The notes beneath the pieces are model-generated. The model searched no databases. It was not told the origin of the DNA and was given only the letters and a program-made list of their open reading frames with translations. The translations under genes were made by a program, and so were the position numbers. A stretch of 32,845 nt of DNA from a virus (lineage: Duplodnaviria; Caudoviricetes): IMG/VR virus record IMGVR_UViG_3300047310_000301, positions 1 through 32,845 of that record. One strand, given 5' to 3'. Positions 8,077-15,894 of the stretch are shown here, one piece after another; position 1 is the stretch's first letter, and every line of letters starts with the position of its first letter.

Positions 8077-9975
8077 TTATTGTACCTGCTGATTCAGTTG
8101 TTGATCCATCTGGGCGTCATCAGGAGTAGCCTGTTGAGCTACTTGAGCCTTCGCTACATTAAAGCCGCCGCCGGCTCCCTGATCCTGCGGATTATTATTA
8201 GGCTGAGCACCTTGGCCCGGTGGAAGTGCCCCTTGATTCATCTGTTGAGCCTTAGCAGTCAGAGCGGCAATAGCTACTTGCTGCATCTGGCCTATTATCT
8301 TCTCATTCCGGTAGCCACACCTATAGGCGTTTTCCCTTATCATCGCCGGGGACATAGTTGTTTCAGGGAAGTTCTTACAGATACTCAGGAACGTCAGATA
8401 ACTCTGCTTAGCCTTGTCCTGAGCGGCAGGAGTTGCGTTCATTACATCAATATCCACGTCACAATCATAGCCGTCGGCCAGGTCTTGCGCTCTGATCCAC
8501 TTGTAATAGGGCTGATTGACCTGTACTTCAGTCAGGACTTGCTCACCAGGATTAGTGCTATACTTAACCCAGAGACCATCGGTTAGCTTTTCTGCCGCTT
8601 GAGCCAAGGTCTCACGGCCTATGTCACATATAAAGTTGGAGAAGTCTAGTTGCTCAGCGGACTCTCTTATCTGCGATCTCGCGTCGATTATCTTAGCGGC
8701 TGTCGCGGTCTCCCTATCAGCCGACTGTCCGCGTGCTTCAGCCGATGTCCCAGAGATGATATTAAAGTCCTCCTTAGCAATAACCAGAGCCTCTTCTGCC
8801 GTCCTGCCTTGCTCCGGATTCTGGATAGGAGTAATCGCGTCAGCCTGCTTGACCGTGATAATAACTCCATCAGGACCGCTAGCGAACTTCTCTTTCTCTA
8901 GTTCATCAATAGTATTCTCGACCGCCTGGAACTTCCTGGTGAACCGCCTCCGGAAAGAGCGAGTCTGCTCCCTAGCCTCATTGATTTCATCCTGAGAGGA
9001 TATCCACTGAAAGGCAGGCGGAATAGGATACCAGCCTTCTGTCCTAAGGTCCCATCTAAGATCCAGAAAGGGTAGCCGCTCGAAGTCCTCGGTCCAGATT
9101 TCCTCGAAGTTTCCGTCAAGGAGGAGCATTTGCTTATGAGCTATCTCGTCCCAGATTCTCCAGACCTTGCTAATCTTGCCTGTAGTGAGGAGCCTGATGA
9201 ACTCAGGATTATTAGCCCTAGTGCCTGGATCGCTCAGAACTCCGCCGCTATAGTCGAGGCTCAGTGTCTGAGATTCATAGTCCTTGGGGAACTTGATTCC
9301 CTTGGTGTGGCGGAGAGTCTCAGTGTAATAATAGTCATAGTAGCCGCACCAGTCTAGCTCGCTTAGCTCAGAGCCGTCAGAGACGGAGGTCCGGAATCGC
9401 TTCGGATTAACCCGCTTGAAATAGAACCTCTCATTTAGCGGCAGTTCGTTGTCTTCTATGACCTTAATCTTCTCCGAAGGAGTATCCCCTATCGCCTCAT
9501 CATGATTAGAGAGTAGAGGCTCCTCCTTAAGCGGATTCCTCCAGTCAGCGGCATAGCCTACTTCTAATATAGCAAACCTGAAGAAGGAGTCCAGCGCGGC
9601 CAACTTAAGCTGCTGAGTGAAGTTAACCCTGGGATTCTGGATAATGGTGTTAAGAGTATCCTGCTTAATCTCAGCACTCCTAACCGCAAAGTCAAGGTCC
9701 CAGTTACTATTCCCCGGACGCGGCGTAACTAGGTAACTCGGCCTCTGGAAGAGAAGGCTAGCAAGCTTAATCTTAATCGTAGAGTAAAACAGGTTAATAG
9801 TATACGGATTATAGTTAACCGTCTGGAAATCCTTCTTCCCCTTCCATTGAAAGCCTTCATAGTACTCCTCAAGAATATCGCAGCGGAATTTAGTATGCCA
9901 CTCACCAAAGAACTTATTGGAGTTGGTGACCTTAGTCTTCCAGGGATTGTATACGCTCTCTTGAGGACTGTCCAT
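8077..9975 (-). CDS. Portal protein (P22-like podovirus type)
   Basis: 632 aa; YTINLFYSTIKIKLASL, QDEINEAREQ, ETATAAKI, Gln-rich C-terminal tail; downstream of large terminase. Confidence 0.85.
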   Translation of the reverse strand: MDSPQESVYNPWKTKVTNSNKFFGEWHTKFRCDILEEYYEGFQWKGKKDFQTVNYNPYTINLFYSTIKIKLASLLFQRPSYLVTPRPGNSNWDLDFAVRSAEIKQDTLNTIIQNPRVNFTQQLKLAALDSFFRFAILEVGYAADWRNPLKEEPLLSNHDEAIGDTPSEKIKVIEDNELPLNERFYFKRVNPKRFRTSVSDGSELSELDWCGYYDYYYTETLRHTKGIKFPKDYESQTLSLDYSGGVLSDPGTRANNPEFIRLLTTGKISKVWRIWDEIAHKQMLLLDGNFEEIWTEDFERLPFLDLRWDLRTEGWYPIPPAFQWISSQDEINEAREQTRSFRRRFTRKFQAVENTIDELEKEKFASGPDGVIITVKQADAITPIQNPEQGRTAEEALVIAKEDFNIISGTSAEARGQSADRETATAAKIIDARSQIRESAEQLDFSNFICDIGRETLAQAAEKLTDGLWVKYSTNPGEQVLTEVQVNQPYYKWIRAQDLADGYDCDVDIDVMNATPAAQDKAKQSYLTFLSICKNFPETTMSPAMIRENAYRCGYRNEKIIGQMQQVAIAALTAKAQQMNQGALPPGQGAQPNNNPQDQGAGGGFNVAKAQVAQQATPDDAQMDQQLNQQVQ

Positions 9976-10106
9976 ATTTCCTTACTTACTTAAGCAATTA
10001 AACAAGCACTTCCTTCAGCAAATCCTTCAGCGCGGCGGCGGTGATGGCGAACACCCTCCGGACAATAGTCCGGATAATCTAGAGGAGAGGTCAATCCCCT
10101 GAGCGA

Positions 10107-11624
10107 TTAACCGCCCGCTGATCCTGCAACTAATTGCTGCTGTTGCTTATAACGTAGCAGAGCATTATAATAAGCAAAGCTGTTCCTAGCCGGACGCTTA
10201 CGGCTATTATTAGGCTGACTTCCGTGCATTGCGACGAAATACCTAGTGGGATCATAAGCATGATCTGGGACGGAGGGATCGCGGTCATCAGAGTAAATAG
10301 TCTTGCCCTCTATGGTTCCCAGCTCTTTTCTCCTCTGAGCCTGAAGCTGAATAATAGCTTGTTTGCAGCCGTGGGGATAAGCCGGTGATTCTTTAATAAA
10401 GTAAAGCCCCGGTGCCGCTTCGCGATACTTACTTTCTCCGAGTACAACTGGCAGGTTAGCCAGCGGGTGTCTGTACTTGCTTGACACCAGCAGTAGCTCA
10501 TTGATCCTGTTCCTTGTCGCATACTCATTATTATCTGCCGCTAAGAGAGTCAGAGGAGGGGCGTCTATATCCTTAGTTATGTACTCATCATAAGTCCGCC
10601 AGAATCCGCCGTCCTTTTGACTAGTCTTCTTGAAGATCTGGGGATCAGCATAATTCCCTGAATATTCCTCGGTGCCGCTTAGGTCAGCAATCGCTTGCCT
10701 ATGATAGCTAATTACCTTGCCAGGAGAATAGTATTCCCGGTAACAGATATAAACACCGTCCAAAGCGGCAAACCATAGTACACAGGTCGGCGCGGCCTCT
10801 CCGTGGTCTAGCGAGCGGAATAGGTTCCCCCTAGATTTAATACGCGCAAGCAACTCCTCAGTAGGCTCTAGAATACTCATCTTATCCAGTGTGTGTATCT
10901 GAGCCTTAGAGCGTCCCCACTGCCCCTTTACGTACTTAGAGACCCATTCAGGATCCCTCTTAAGGGCCTCGGTATAGGATTCATAAGATCCAAGCGAGCT
11001 ATCCCAGGCTCCTTCGGTATAGAAGTAATTAGAATTCCTCTCAAGAGAGTCCGGGTGATACTTCCTATAGATAAAGTGGAATTCAGTGTCAGGATTACAG
11101 AGAAGCATGTGATACGAGGGGGCTAATTTAAGCCCGTAAGGGGTGGTGGGCCAGTTTGGTAAACTATTAAGCAGGCTATCAGGTATCGAGTAGCCGTCCC
11201 ACCTGCCTAAGCGGCTATCGAGCACGTCATAGACCTTCTCATCTATCTCTTCCGCCTGATCTACTAGGATCGAGTTAGGTTCAATCCCGCGTAGCGAGTG
11301 CTCATCAGAGGCATCGAGATGGAGCCAGTAAACAGTAGAGCCGTTCTTAAGTTTAGTGATTCCTTCTTGCTCATTGTGGCTCTCCACCAGGCCAGGCGGC
11401 AGGAGCTTAAAGAAGGTCTGCATCGTAGTTTTCTTGAGATCGGTATACCGCTGGCGGGCTATTATCATGCGGTACCGCGGGAAGGTAAGGAGGAGAGTAA
11501 TTGCCTTCAGACAGCCGGCAAAGGTCTTGCCGTTATTGAAGGCTCCGGAAAATACTTGATTGCGAGGAGTGGCGTAGTAGAATTCTTTCTGCCCCGGATT
11601 TCTAAATTGAACCTCGAACTCCAT
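10107..11624 (-). CDS. terL: Terminase large subunit
   Basis: NPGQ adenine motif, Walker A FSGAFNNGKT, Walker B ILVDQAEE, LLCNP coupling motif, nuclease SLDHG and DHAYDPTRY. Confidence 0.93.
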   Translation of the reverse strand: MEFEVQFRNPGQKEFYYATPRNQVFSGAFNNGKTFAGCLKAITLLLTFPRYRMIIARQRYTDLKKTTMQTFFKLLPPGLVESHNEQEGITKLKNGSTVYWLHLDASDEHSLRGIEPNSILVDQAEEIDEKVYDVLDSRLGRWDGYSIPDSLLNSLPNWPTTPYGLKLAPSYHMLLCNPDTEFHFIYRKYHPDSLERNSNYFYTEGAWDSSLGSYESYTEALKRDPEWVSKYVKGQWGRSKAQIHTLDKMSILEPTEELLARIKSRGNLFRSLDHGEAAPTCVLWFAALDGVYICYREYYSPGKVISYHRQAIADLSGTEEYSGNYADPQIFKKTSQKDGGFWRTYDEYITKDIDAPPLTLLAADNNEYATRNRINELLLVSSKYRHPLANLPVVLGESKYREAAPGLYFIKESPAYPHGCKQAIIQLQAQRRKELGTIEGKTIYSDDRDPSVPDHAYDPTRYFVAMHGSQPNNSRKRPARNSFAYYNALLRYKQQQQLVAGSAGG

Positions 11625-11646
11625 TATTTGATCACGTTTAATCGGA

Positions 11647-11754
11647 CTACTTCCCTTTCTTCTTAGAAACAGGAGCCATCTTCTTAACCGCTAGGTTGAT
11701 AGTGCTATGATCCTTACAGTTAATAGCTCCACATTTCGGGCATTTATCGCTCAT
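11647..11754 (-). CDS. Tiny Zn-finger-like basic protein (35 aa)
   Basis: MSDKCPKCGAINCKDH...KKKGK; ATGA overlap with upstream ORF. Confidence 0.45.
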   Translation of the reverse strand: MSDKCPKCGAINCKDHSTINLAVKKMAPVSKKKGK

Positions 11755-11924
11755 TTCTTACTCCTATTCTTGAATTTGGATGCTAAAGTCTTAACAAATC
11801 CCTTGTGCATATGTCCCATTGCTGGGTCAGCATGTAATTCGCCCTTCATTTTCTGCTTCTTCTCAGCAGAGAGAGGACTGCCGTTAGAGAGAAGATATCT
11901 TACCTGCTTGGGAGTCCAGGGCAT
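11751..11924 (-). CDS. Small basic hypothetical protein (57 aa)
   Basis: MPWTPKQVRYLLS...; ATG 11924 preferred over the longer ORF-track start. Confidence 0.6.
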   Translation of the reverse strand: MPWTPKQVRYLLSNGSPLSAEKKQKMKGELHADPAMGHMHKGFVKTLASKFKNRSKK

Positions 11925-11940
11925 TTTGCTTCGCAAAGAG

Positions 11941-12018
11941 TAATCAGCCCCCAATAGGGAGAATCAGGGCACAGGAGACGAGTCTTGATCCCTGAGAACT
12001 CCCTACCAGGAGCTATTA
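11941..12018 (-). ncRNA. Intergenic long stem-loop RNA element (function unknown)
   Basis: Minus strand TAGCTCCTGGTAGGGAG pairs with CTCCCTATTGGGGGCTG using several G-U pairs; inner TCAGG/CCTGA stem. Confidence 0.45.
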
Positions 12019-12019
12019 G

Positions 12020-12547
12020 CTAGTAATTAGTCGTCTTCGGCGCGGCGCCTTCTGGAGGCTTGGTCCCGGCATCAGGCGGCTTGGTGTCAATAGCAGGCGG
12101 CTTCCCGAAGTCAGGCGGCTTAGGTAACCAGCCCCAAAGCGGCGGCTTAGGTTTACTCGGCCCACAGCCATGAATAGGAATTCCATAATCAGGATCACAC
12201 GGAATCCAGACGCCTCCGGGGAGGGAATTATCCGGCCCGACTGGAGATTCCTCGATGCCGAATCCCGGATCAGTGGGGAAGAATACCAACAGAGGAGGCT
12301 TTCCCCAGCCAGGATCTACTATCTCCCAGCGGCCAGGAAGCCAGGGGTGTGCGGGAGCAACGGGCGGCTTATTATCGACGTGCGGGGGTAACACTGGCCT
12401 TCCGGGCGGCTTATTACCTACGTGGGGCGGCCTACCTCCTGGCAGGCTATTATCGGGCCGCTCGCCTGACTCTATACCGTAGTCAGGATCAACTCCCGTA
12501 GAAGTCTCACTAACCTCTAGCCAACCACTTACATGAACTCTGCTCAT
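12020..12547 (-). CDS. Proline-rich repetitive protein
   Basis: 175 aa with DP(D/G)(Y/W/F)G x4 and PDNSLPGG x2; GGAG RBS. Confidence 0.75.
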   Translation of the reverse strand: MSRVHVSGWLEVSETSTGVDPDYGIESGERPDNSLPGGRPPHVGNKPPGRPVLPPHVDNKPPVAPAHPWLPGRWEIVDPGWGKPPLLVFFPTDPGFGIEESPVGPDNSLPGGVWIPCDPDYGIPIHGCGPSKPKPPLWGWLPKPPDFGKPPAIDTKPPDAGTKPPEGAAPKTTNY

Positions 12548-12642
12548 TTTCTTTTGTCTCCTCTGTCCTTATCGTTATGTATTGCATAGCCTACAGCAAG
12601 AAGCGCTACGGCTAATAAGAACCACTCTACTGCTGTTGGCAT
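12544..12642 (-). CDS. Small single-TM membrane protein (32 aa)
   Basis: MPTAVEWFLLAVALLAVGYAIHNDKDRGDKRK; ATGA overlap with next gene. Confidence 0.5.
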   Translation of the reverse strand: MPTAVEWFLLAVALLAVGYAIHNDKDRGDKRK

Positions 12643-12655
12643 CGCTTCTCGCCTA

Positions 12656-12736
12656 CTCTTGTGAGGTACTTAGTCGAACCAGGGTGCATCCTCAGGTTCC
12701 TAGAGGCCTTACCCCTACCAAGTACCTCAACAAGAG
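12656..12736 (-). ncRNA. Intergenic three-way-junction RNA element (function unknown)
   Basis: Closing stem CTCTTG(T)TGAGGTACTTGG/CTAAGTACCTCACAAGAG with inner hairpins TAGGGG/CCTCTA and GAACC/GGTTC; G-U pairs favour the minus strand. Confidence 0.45.
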
Positions 12737-12737
12737 A

Positions 12738-12824
12738 TCATCTAATCTTTCCGCTCCCCTTCCAGAGAATTAGGATCAGGGCGCCTCCGACCACAACTAG
12801 GAGCAGGATAGCAATAGCGGCCAA
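12738..12824 (-). CDS. Small single-TM membrane protein (about 28 aa)
   Basis: AAIAILLLVVVGGALILILWKGSGKIR; TTG start with GGAG upstream; start uncertain. Confidence 0.4.
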   Translation of the reverse strand: MAAIAILLLVVVGGALILILWKGSGKIR

Positions 12825-12846
12825 AATAGCGCCTTTCTCCGCATCA

Positions 12847-13164
12847 CTATAGTGTAGGGCTAATAGCAGGCTCACGCTTAGCTCCAAAGGCGTCTCCCTG
12901 GCTTGCCGTGTGAGCAGACTCTTCCGCTTCGAGATCACTTATCAGGGCCGCTGTTGATACGTACCTATAGCCCATTACCTTACAGTGAGCCTTAGCCCTA
13001 GCCGCGGCAGCAGTTAAGCCGCCTAGGTCGAAGAGAAATACCTTGAAGCTGGTTTGAGTGATATTGGTCCTATAATAGAGGATATAAGGCACCACTTCAT
13101 CAGATCGCCCGCTTATTGCACTGCTTAGGGCATTAGATAGGTCAGATACCGTTAGTTTGCTCAT
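12847..13164 (-). CDS. Hypothetical protein
   Basis: 105 aa ORF, AGGAG RBS, in operon order. Confidence 0.7.
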   Translation of the reverse strand: MSKLTVSDLSNALSSAISGRSDEVVPYILYYRTNITQTSFKVFLFDLGGLTAAAARAKAHCKVMGYRYVSTAALISDLEAEESAHTASQGDAFGAKREPAISPTL

Positions 13165-13175
13165 GCTTTCGTCTC

Positions 13176-13349
13176 CTATTTAACCGGCGCACCGAATACG
13201 CCCCATCCGAGGATCAGAAGGAGGACAAAGAGCAATAGATTCCCGCCCCATACCTTAAACGGGTAAGGCTGTCCGGGAACATAGTCACTCCAGAGGCCAA
13301 GGACCAGCCACAATAGCATCAGTACCCAAAAGAATATCTGTAGCGGCAT
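13176..13349 (-). CDS. Small two-TM membrane protein (57 aa), possibly holin-like
   Basis: MPLQIFFWVLMLLWLVLGLW...GGNLLLFVLLLILGWGVFGAPVK; GGAGGAG RBS; below ORF-track cutoff. Confidence 0.7.
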   Translation of the reverse strand: MPLQIFFWVLMLLWLVLGLWSDYVPGQPYPFKVWGGNLLLFVLLLILGWGVFGAPVK

Positions 13350-13351
13350 GA

Positions 13352-13546
13352 TTATTTCTCCTCCTTAGGAGTCTCCTTCGGAGCTGACTTCTGAGCTTCC
13401 TGAGCCTGAGGCAAGGTCCCCAGAGCCTCAAGAGTCCTCTCAAGAGCAAGCTTCTCTACCATTAGATCCCTCATGGCGGCATCAGTTATTAGGGCTACTG
13501 AATTAGGGAGGAAAGGCGAATTAGGGTCGGTTGGTCTTAGAGTCAT
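13352..13546 (-). CDS. Hypothetical protein
   Basis: 64 aa ORF tightly packed with neighbours. Confidence 0.6.
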   Translation of the reverse strand: MTLRPTDPNSPFLPNSVALITDAAMRDLMVEKLALERTLEALGTLPQAQEAQKSAPKETPKEEK

Positions 13547-13615
13547 GGCTTTTTATCTTATTAGTAATCTTGCCTGAATAAGCAAGCCTGCCGCCCGCTT
13601 CGCGGGCCGGGGGAC

Positions 13616-13954
13616 TTATTGTATAGTCTCCTGCTCCGCAGTAGCGGCAGCGCGAGGGATTAGAATAGGATTAACTAGAGGAGCGCCGCTGTCCCTGATT
13701 ACTATAGTAACACTCGGTACAGTAGCGCCAGCGTCTTTCATAAGGCCCCTGAGCTTTAGGGCAGTATTAGCAGCATTTAGCCTAATGGTATCAGTATCTC
13801 CATGATCCATTATATGCGAGACTGTATTGAGGGTACTTTCGAGGCTGAGTCCTGCGCTATCGAGGCTATCCTCTAGACTAGAGCCTTCAGGCTTGTCTTG
13901 ATTCAGGCCGACTGACTTCAGGACTTTCTTGATTTCCGGTGTGAGGATTGGCAA
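13616..13954 (-). CDS. Putative terminase small subunit
   Basis: 112 aa; DTIRLNAANTALKLRG helix followed by a VTIVI beta tail, typical TerS architecture; upstream of terL. Confidence 0.55.
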   Translation of the reverse strand: MPILTPEIKKVLKSVGLNQDKPEGSSLEDSLDSAGLSLESTLNTVSHIMDHGDTDTIRLNAANTALKLRGLMKDAGATVPSVTIVIRDSGAPLVNPILIPRAAATAEQETIQ

Positions 13955-14057
13955 CAGCAGTTGCCCTTTCAGCCATGCGCTGTCTGAGCAGTAGGAGGGG
14001 AGAATTCTCTAAGCGAGAAAGGGCATATTCGAGTGGGTGGAGAGTATTAGGTGTCAT
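13887..14057 (-). CDS. Possible small hypothetical protein (56 aa)
   Basis: MTPNTLHPLEYALSRLENSPLLLLRQRMAER...; first ATG after promoter 14161-14190; overlaps the TerS candidate. Confidence 0.35.
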   Translation of the reverse strand: MTPNTLHPLEYALSRLENSPLLLLRQRMAERATAVANPHTGNQESPEVSRPESRQA

Positions 14058-14160
14058 TATCTTCTCTTCTTATAAAACAAGGGAGAGAAATGAGAAAAGC
14101 TAACCGAGAACCGCGTCTTTCCTCAAACCTCTCCCCACTTAGCCACTCGATGTGTCTCTT

Positions 14161-14190
14161 ACCGTATCACGAGCGGCAGGCGTTTGTCAA
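14161..14190 (-). promoter_or_regulatory. Sigma70-like promoter facing the packaging genes
   Basis: TTGACA-18 nt-TACGGT with extended TG. Confidence 0.55.
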
Positions 14191-14287
14191 GCCTTTTTTG
14201 CCTTTGGTTTCAGTCACTTAGAGACTATTTCTCCCAGGCCCGAAGCGGCAGGAAAACAGGCCCCAGATCACTGAACTATTAGCCTCC

Positions 14288-14758
14288 CTATCTCCTCCCC
14301 GTATGCACATCAGGCGGATTAACTACCGGACTTGCTTGCGGAAGCAGGGGATTAGGAATCGTGTATAGAGTCGTCCCCGGCTCCAAAGCCCAGGCCTTTG
14401 TCTCCAGTCCTTCTCCAGCCACAGTAGCAGGCTTATAGCAGTACCCTATATCCCCTAGCGGCGGAGGCAGCTTATATCCATAAGTATTCTTCTCTCCCCC
14501 GTTATCCCAATACTGACAAACCGAGTTGTTATACTCCCTAATTACCTTCTCCGCCTCCTTATTCCCCATACCAATCGCCTCCTGATTACAGATAAGCTGC
14601 ATCATCTCCAGCTCCCCGCCCGGATTCTCCGCCTGATAAGCCAACCTGTCAGCGGCAGAGTCCTCCGGTCTATAAGGATAGGGAAGCTCAGGTACAGTTA
14701 CCTCCACTTGAAGAGCAAAGCCCTTATAATAGGTTCCGTCGGTGTATTTTTCGCTCAT
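14288..14758 (-). CDS. Hypothetical protein
   Basis: 156 aa ORF with strong AAGGAG RBS. Confidence 0.75.
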   Translation of the reverse strand: MSEKYTDGTYYKGFALQVEVTVPELPYPYRPEDSAADRLAYQAENPGGELEMMQLICNQEAIGMGNKEAEKVIREYNNSVCQYWDNGGEKNTYGYKLPPPLGDIGYCYKPATVAGEGLETKAWALEPGTTLYTIPNPLLPQASPVVNPPDVHTGRR

Positions 14759-14873
14759 ATTTCTCCTTTTTTATACATCTGTACAACTACGTGTTGGGTC
14801 GGTTGAAAATTGTCAGACTCCACCCCTCCCGCCTGGGGGAGTACTCCACCGGAGGGTGGTGGTTTCGGCTCGG

Positions 14874-15043
14874 AATCATCCTAAATCTGGTGGAGTAAAC
14901 ATGATTAAATCATCCTATCTCTAGTAGAGTAGAGTAGAAGGAATCACCTATTGTCTAGTAGAGTAGGGTAGATTGAATCATCCTTAGTCTACTAGAGATT
15001 GGGTATTGGAATCTAGACTACTCTACTAGACTAGCTACGCTTC
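14874..15043. repeat. Five 34-bp phased units of palindromic site AATC-N8-TCTA(G/C)TAGA-N8-GATT
   Basis: AATC at 14874, 14908, 14942, 14976, 15010; exact core at +12 in units 2-5 (TCTGGTGGA in unit 1); GATT end intact in units 1 and 3. Confidence 0.85.
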
Positions 15044-15079
15044 TACTCTACTAGACTAGAGCCTCAGTCGGCTGAGTCT

Positions 15080-15180
15080 AGTATTAGGTAACCTTATACT
15101 AATAGAGCGAACAAAAGGCAAAGATAATATCAGTCTAGCTTATACTGAGAGAGCCTGCTAGTATTAGAGAAACTGATACT
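15080..15180. repeat. Three 21-bp palindromes A(G/A)TATYAG-N5-CT(T/G)ATACT
   Basis: Copies at 15080-15100, 15126-15146 and 15160-15180. Confidence 0.75.
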
Positions 15181-15319
15181 AAGATCGGCTCTCCTATTGT
15201 ACACCCATAGGTAGTGTATTGGCGACACGCATTTTAATAGCCAAAATCATTAGAGGCTCTTGGCTGATCTGATCTCCCCCGCGTCATAGGTCACTGGCTG
15301 AAAAAATAGCGGTCTCCCT

Positions 15320-15530
15320 GAGCGGCTGAGAGCCTCAGGAATCCCAGGTCTCCTATTGAACGTCGATAGGTGTAATAGTTACTCGAAACTAGGGTATTAT
15401 ACTGAGCGGCTGTCGGCTGAGCTTAGAGACCTGCTAGAGAGCGGCTGAGCGGCTGAGGATGAGACTTAGAAGAGACTGCCAGGAGACTGCTAGGAGCGGC
15501 TGAGAGATCGAGAGCGGCTGAGCGGCTGAG
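15320..15530 (+). repeat. Cluster of GAGCGGCT octamers and GAGAC(C)TGCYAG motifs
   Basis: Exact GAGCGGCT at 15320, 15404, 15439, 15447, 15494, 15512 and 15520, all in the same orientation. Confidence 0.9.
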
Positions 15531-15551
15531 ATATGCTCAAGCCCTAACGTC

Positions 15552-15593
15552 AAAAAGCCTACTCACTCGGATATGCTCCGGAATGAGTAGGCT
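15552..15593 (-). terminator. Rho-independent terminator
   Basis: AGCCTACTCA...TGAGTAGGCT stem followed by a T-run on the minus strand, downstream of ORF 15636-15857. Confidence 0.75.
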
Positions 15594-15635
15594 ATTAGGA
15601 AAGCGAAACTGAGAGACTAGCGCGGGGAGGAGACC

Positions 15636-15857
15636 TTAGCGCCATCCTCGCTTTCCCTGAGGCTTAGTCGTGAATAAACCGCAAAGGATAGCGTCATCAG
15701 CACAATCGGGACAAAAGAGAGTCCCTGTATTGTCGATCATATCAATGCGATAAAGGACTCGCGAGCCGTCCTGAAAGCAATGGGCAAAATGCTCGTGAAC
15801 GGGACATTGATAATCGGAGCATTCGCAGTAGGTTTGTTTCGTTCTAGGGTTTGTCAT
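15636..15857 (-). CDS. Small Cys-rich (Zn-binding-like) protein
   Basis: 73 aa with CECxxxxCxxH and CPDC; has its own promoter and terminator. Confidence 0.75.
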   Translation of the reverse strand: MTNPRTKQTYCECSDYQCPVHEHFAHCFQDGSRVLYRIDMIDNTGTLFCPDCADDAILCGLFTTKPQGKRGWR

Positions 15858-15865
15858 AGGACTCT

Positions 15866-15894
15866 ATCTTATCAAATGAGAAAACCCCTGTCAA
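15866..15894 (-). promoter_or_regulatory. Sigma70 promoter, near-leaderless
   Basis: TTGACA-17 nt-TAAGAT with extended TG; ATG 8 nt downstream of the -10. Confidence 0.8.

Noticed and set aside
12656-12736. tRNA or hammerhead ribozyme (GGTTCGA and CTGAGGA on the minus strand)
   Set aside because: No cloverleaf, anticodon arm or acceptor geometry, and no GAAA after a stem II
1178-12852. Plus-strand ORFs opposite the structural genes (for example 6014-6556, 7497-7943, 8080-8586)
   Set aside because: Antisense shadows of well-supported genes with no motifs or RBS
14874-15530. CRISPR array
   Set aside because: Units are degenerate and contiguous with no constant repeat plus unique spacer pattern; the Cas4-like nuclease sits in a recombination module with no other cas genes
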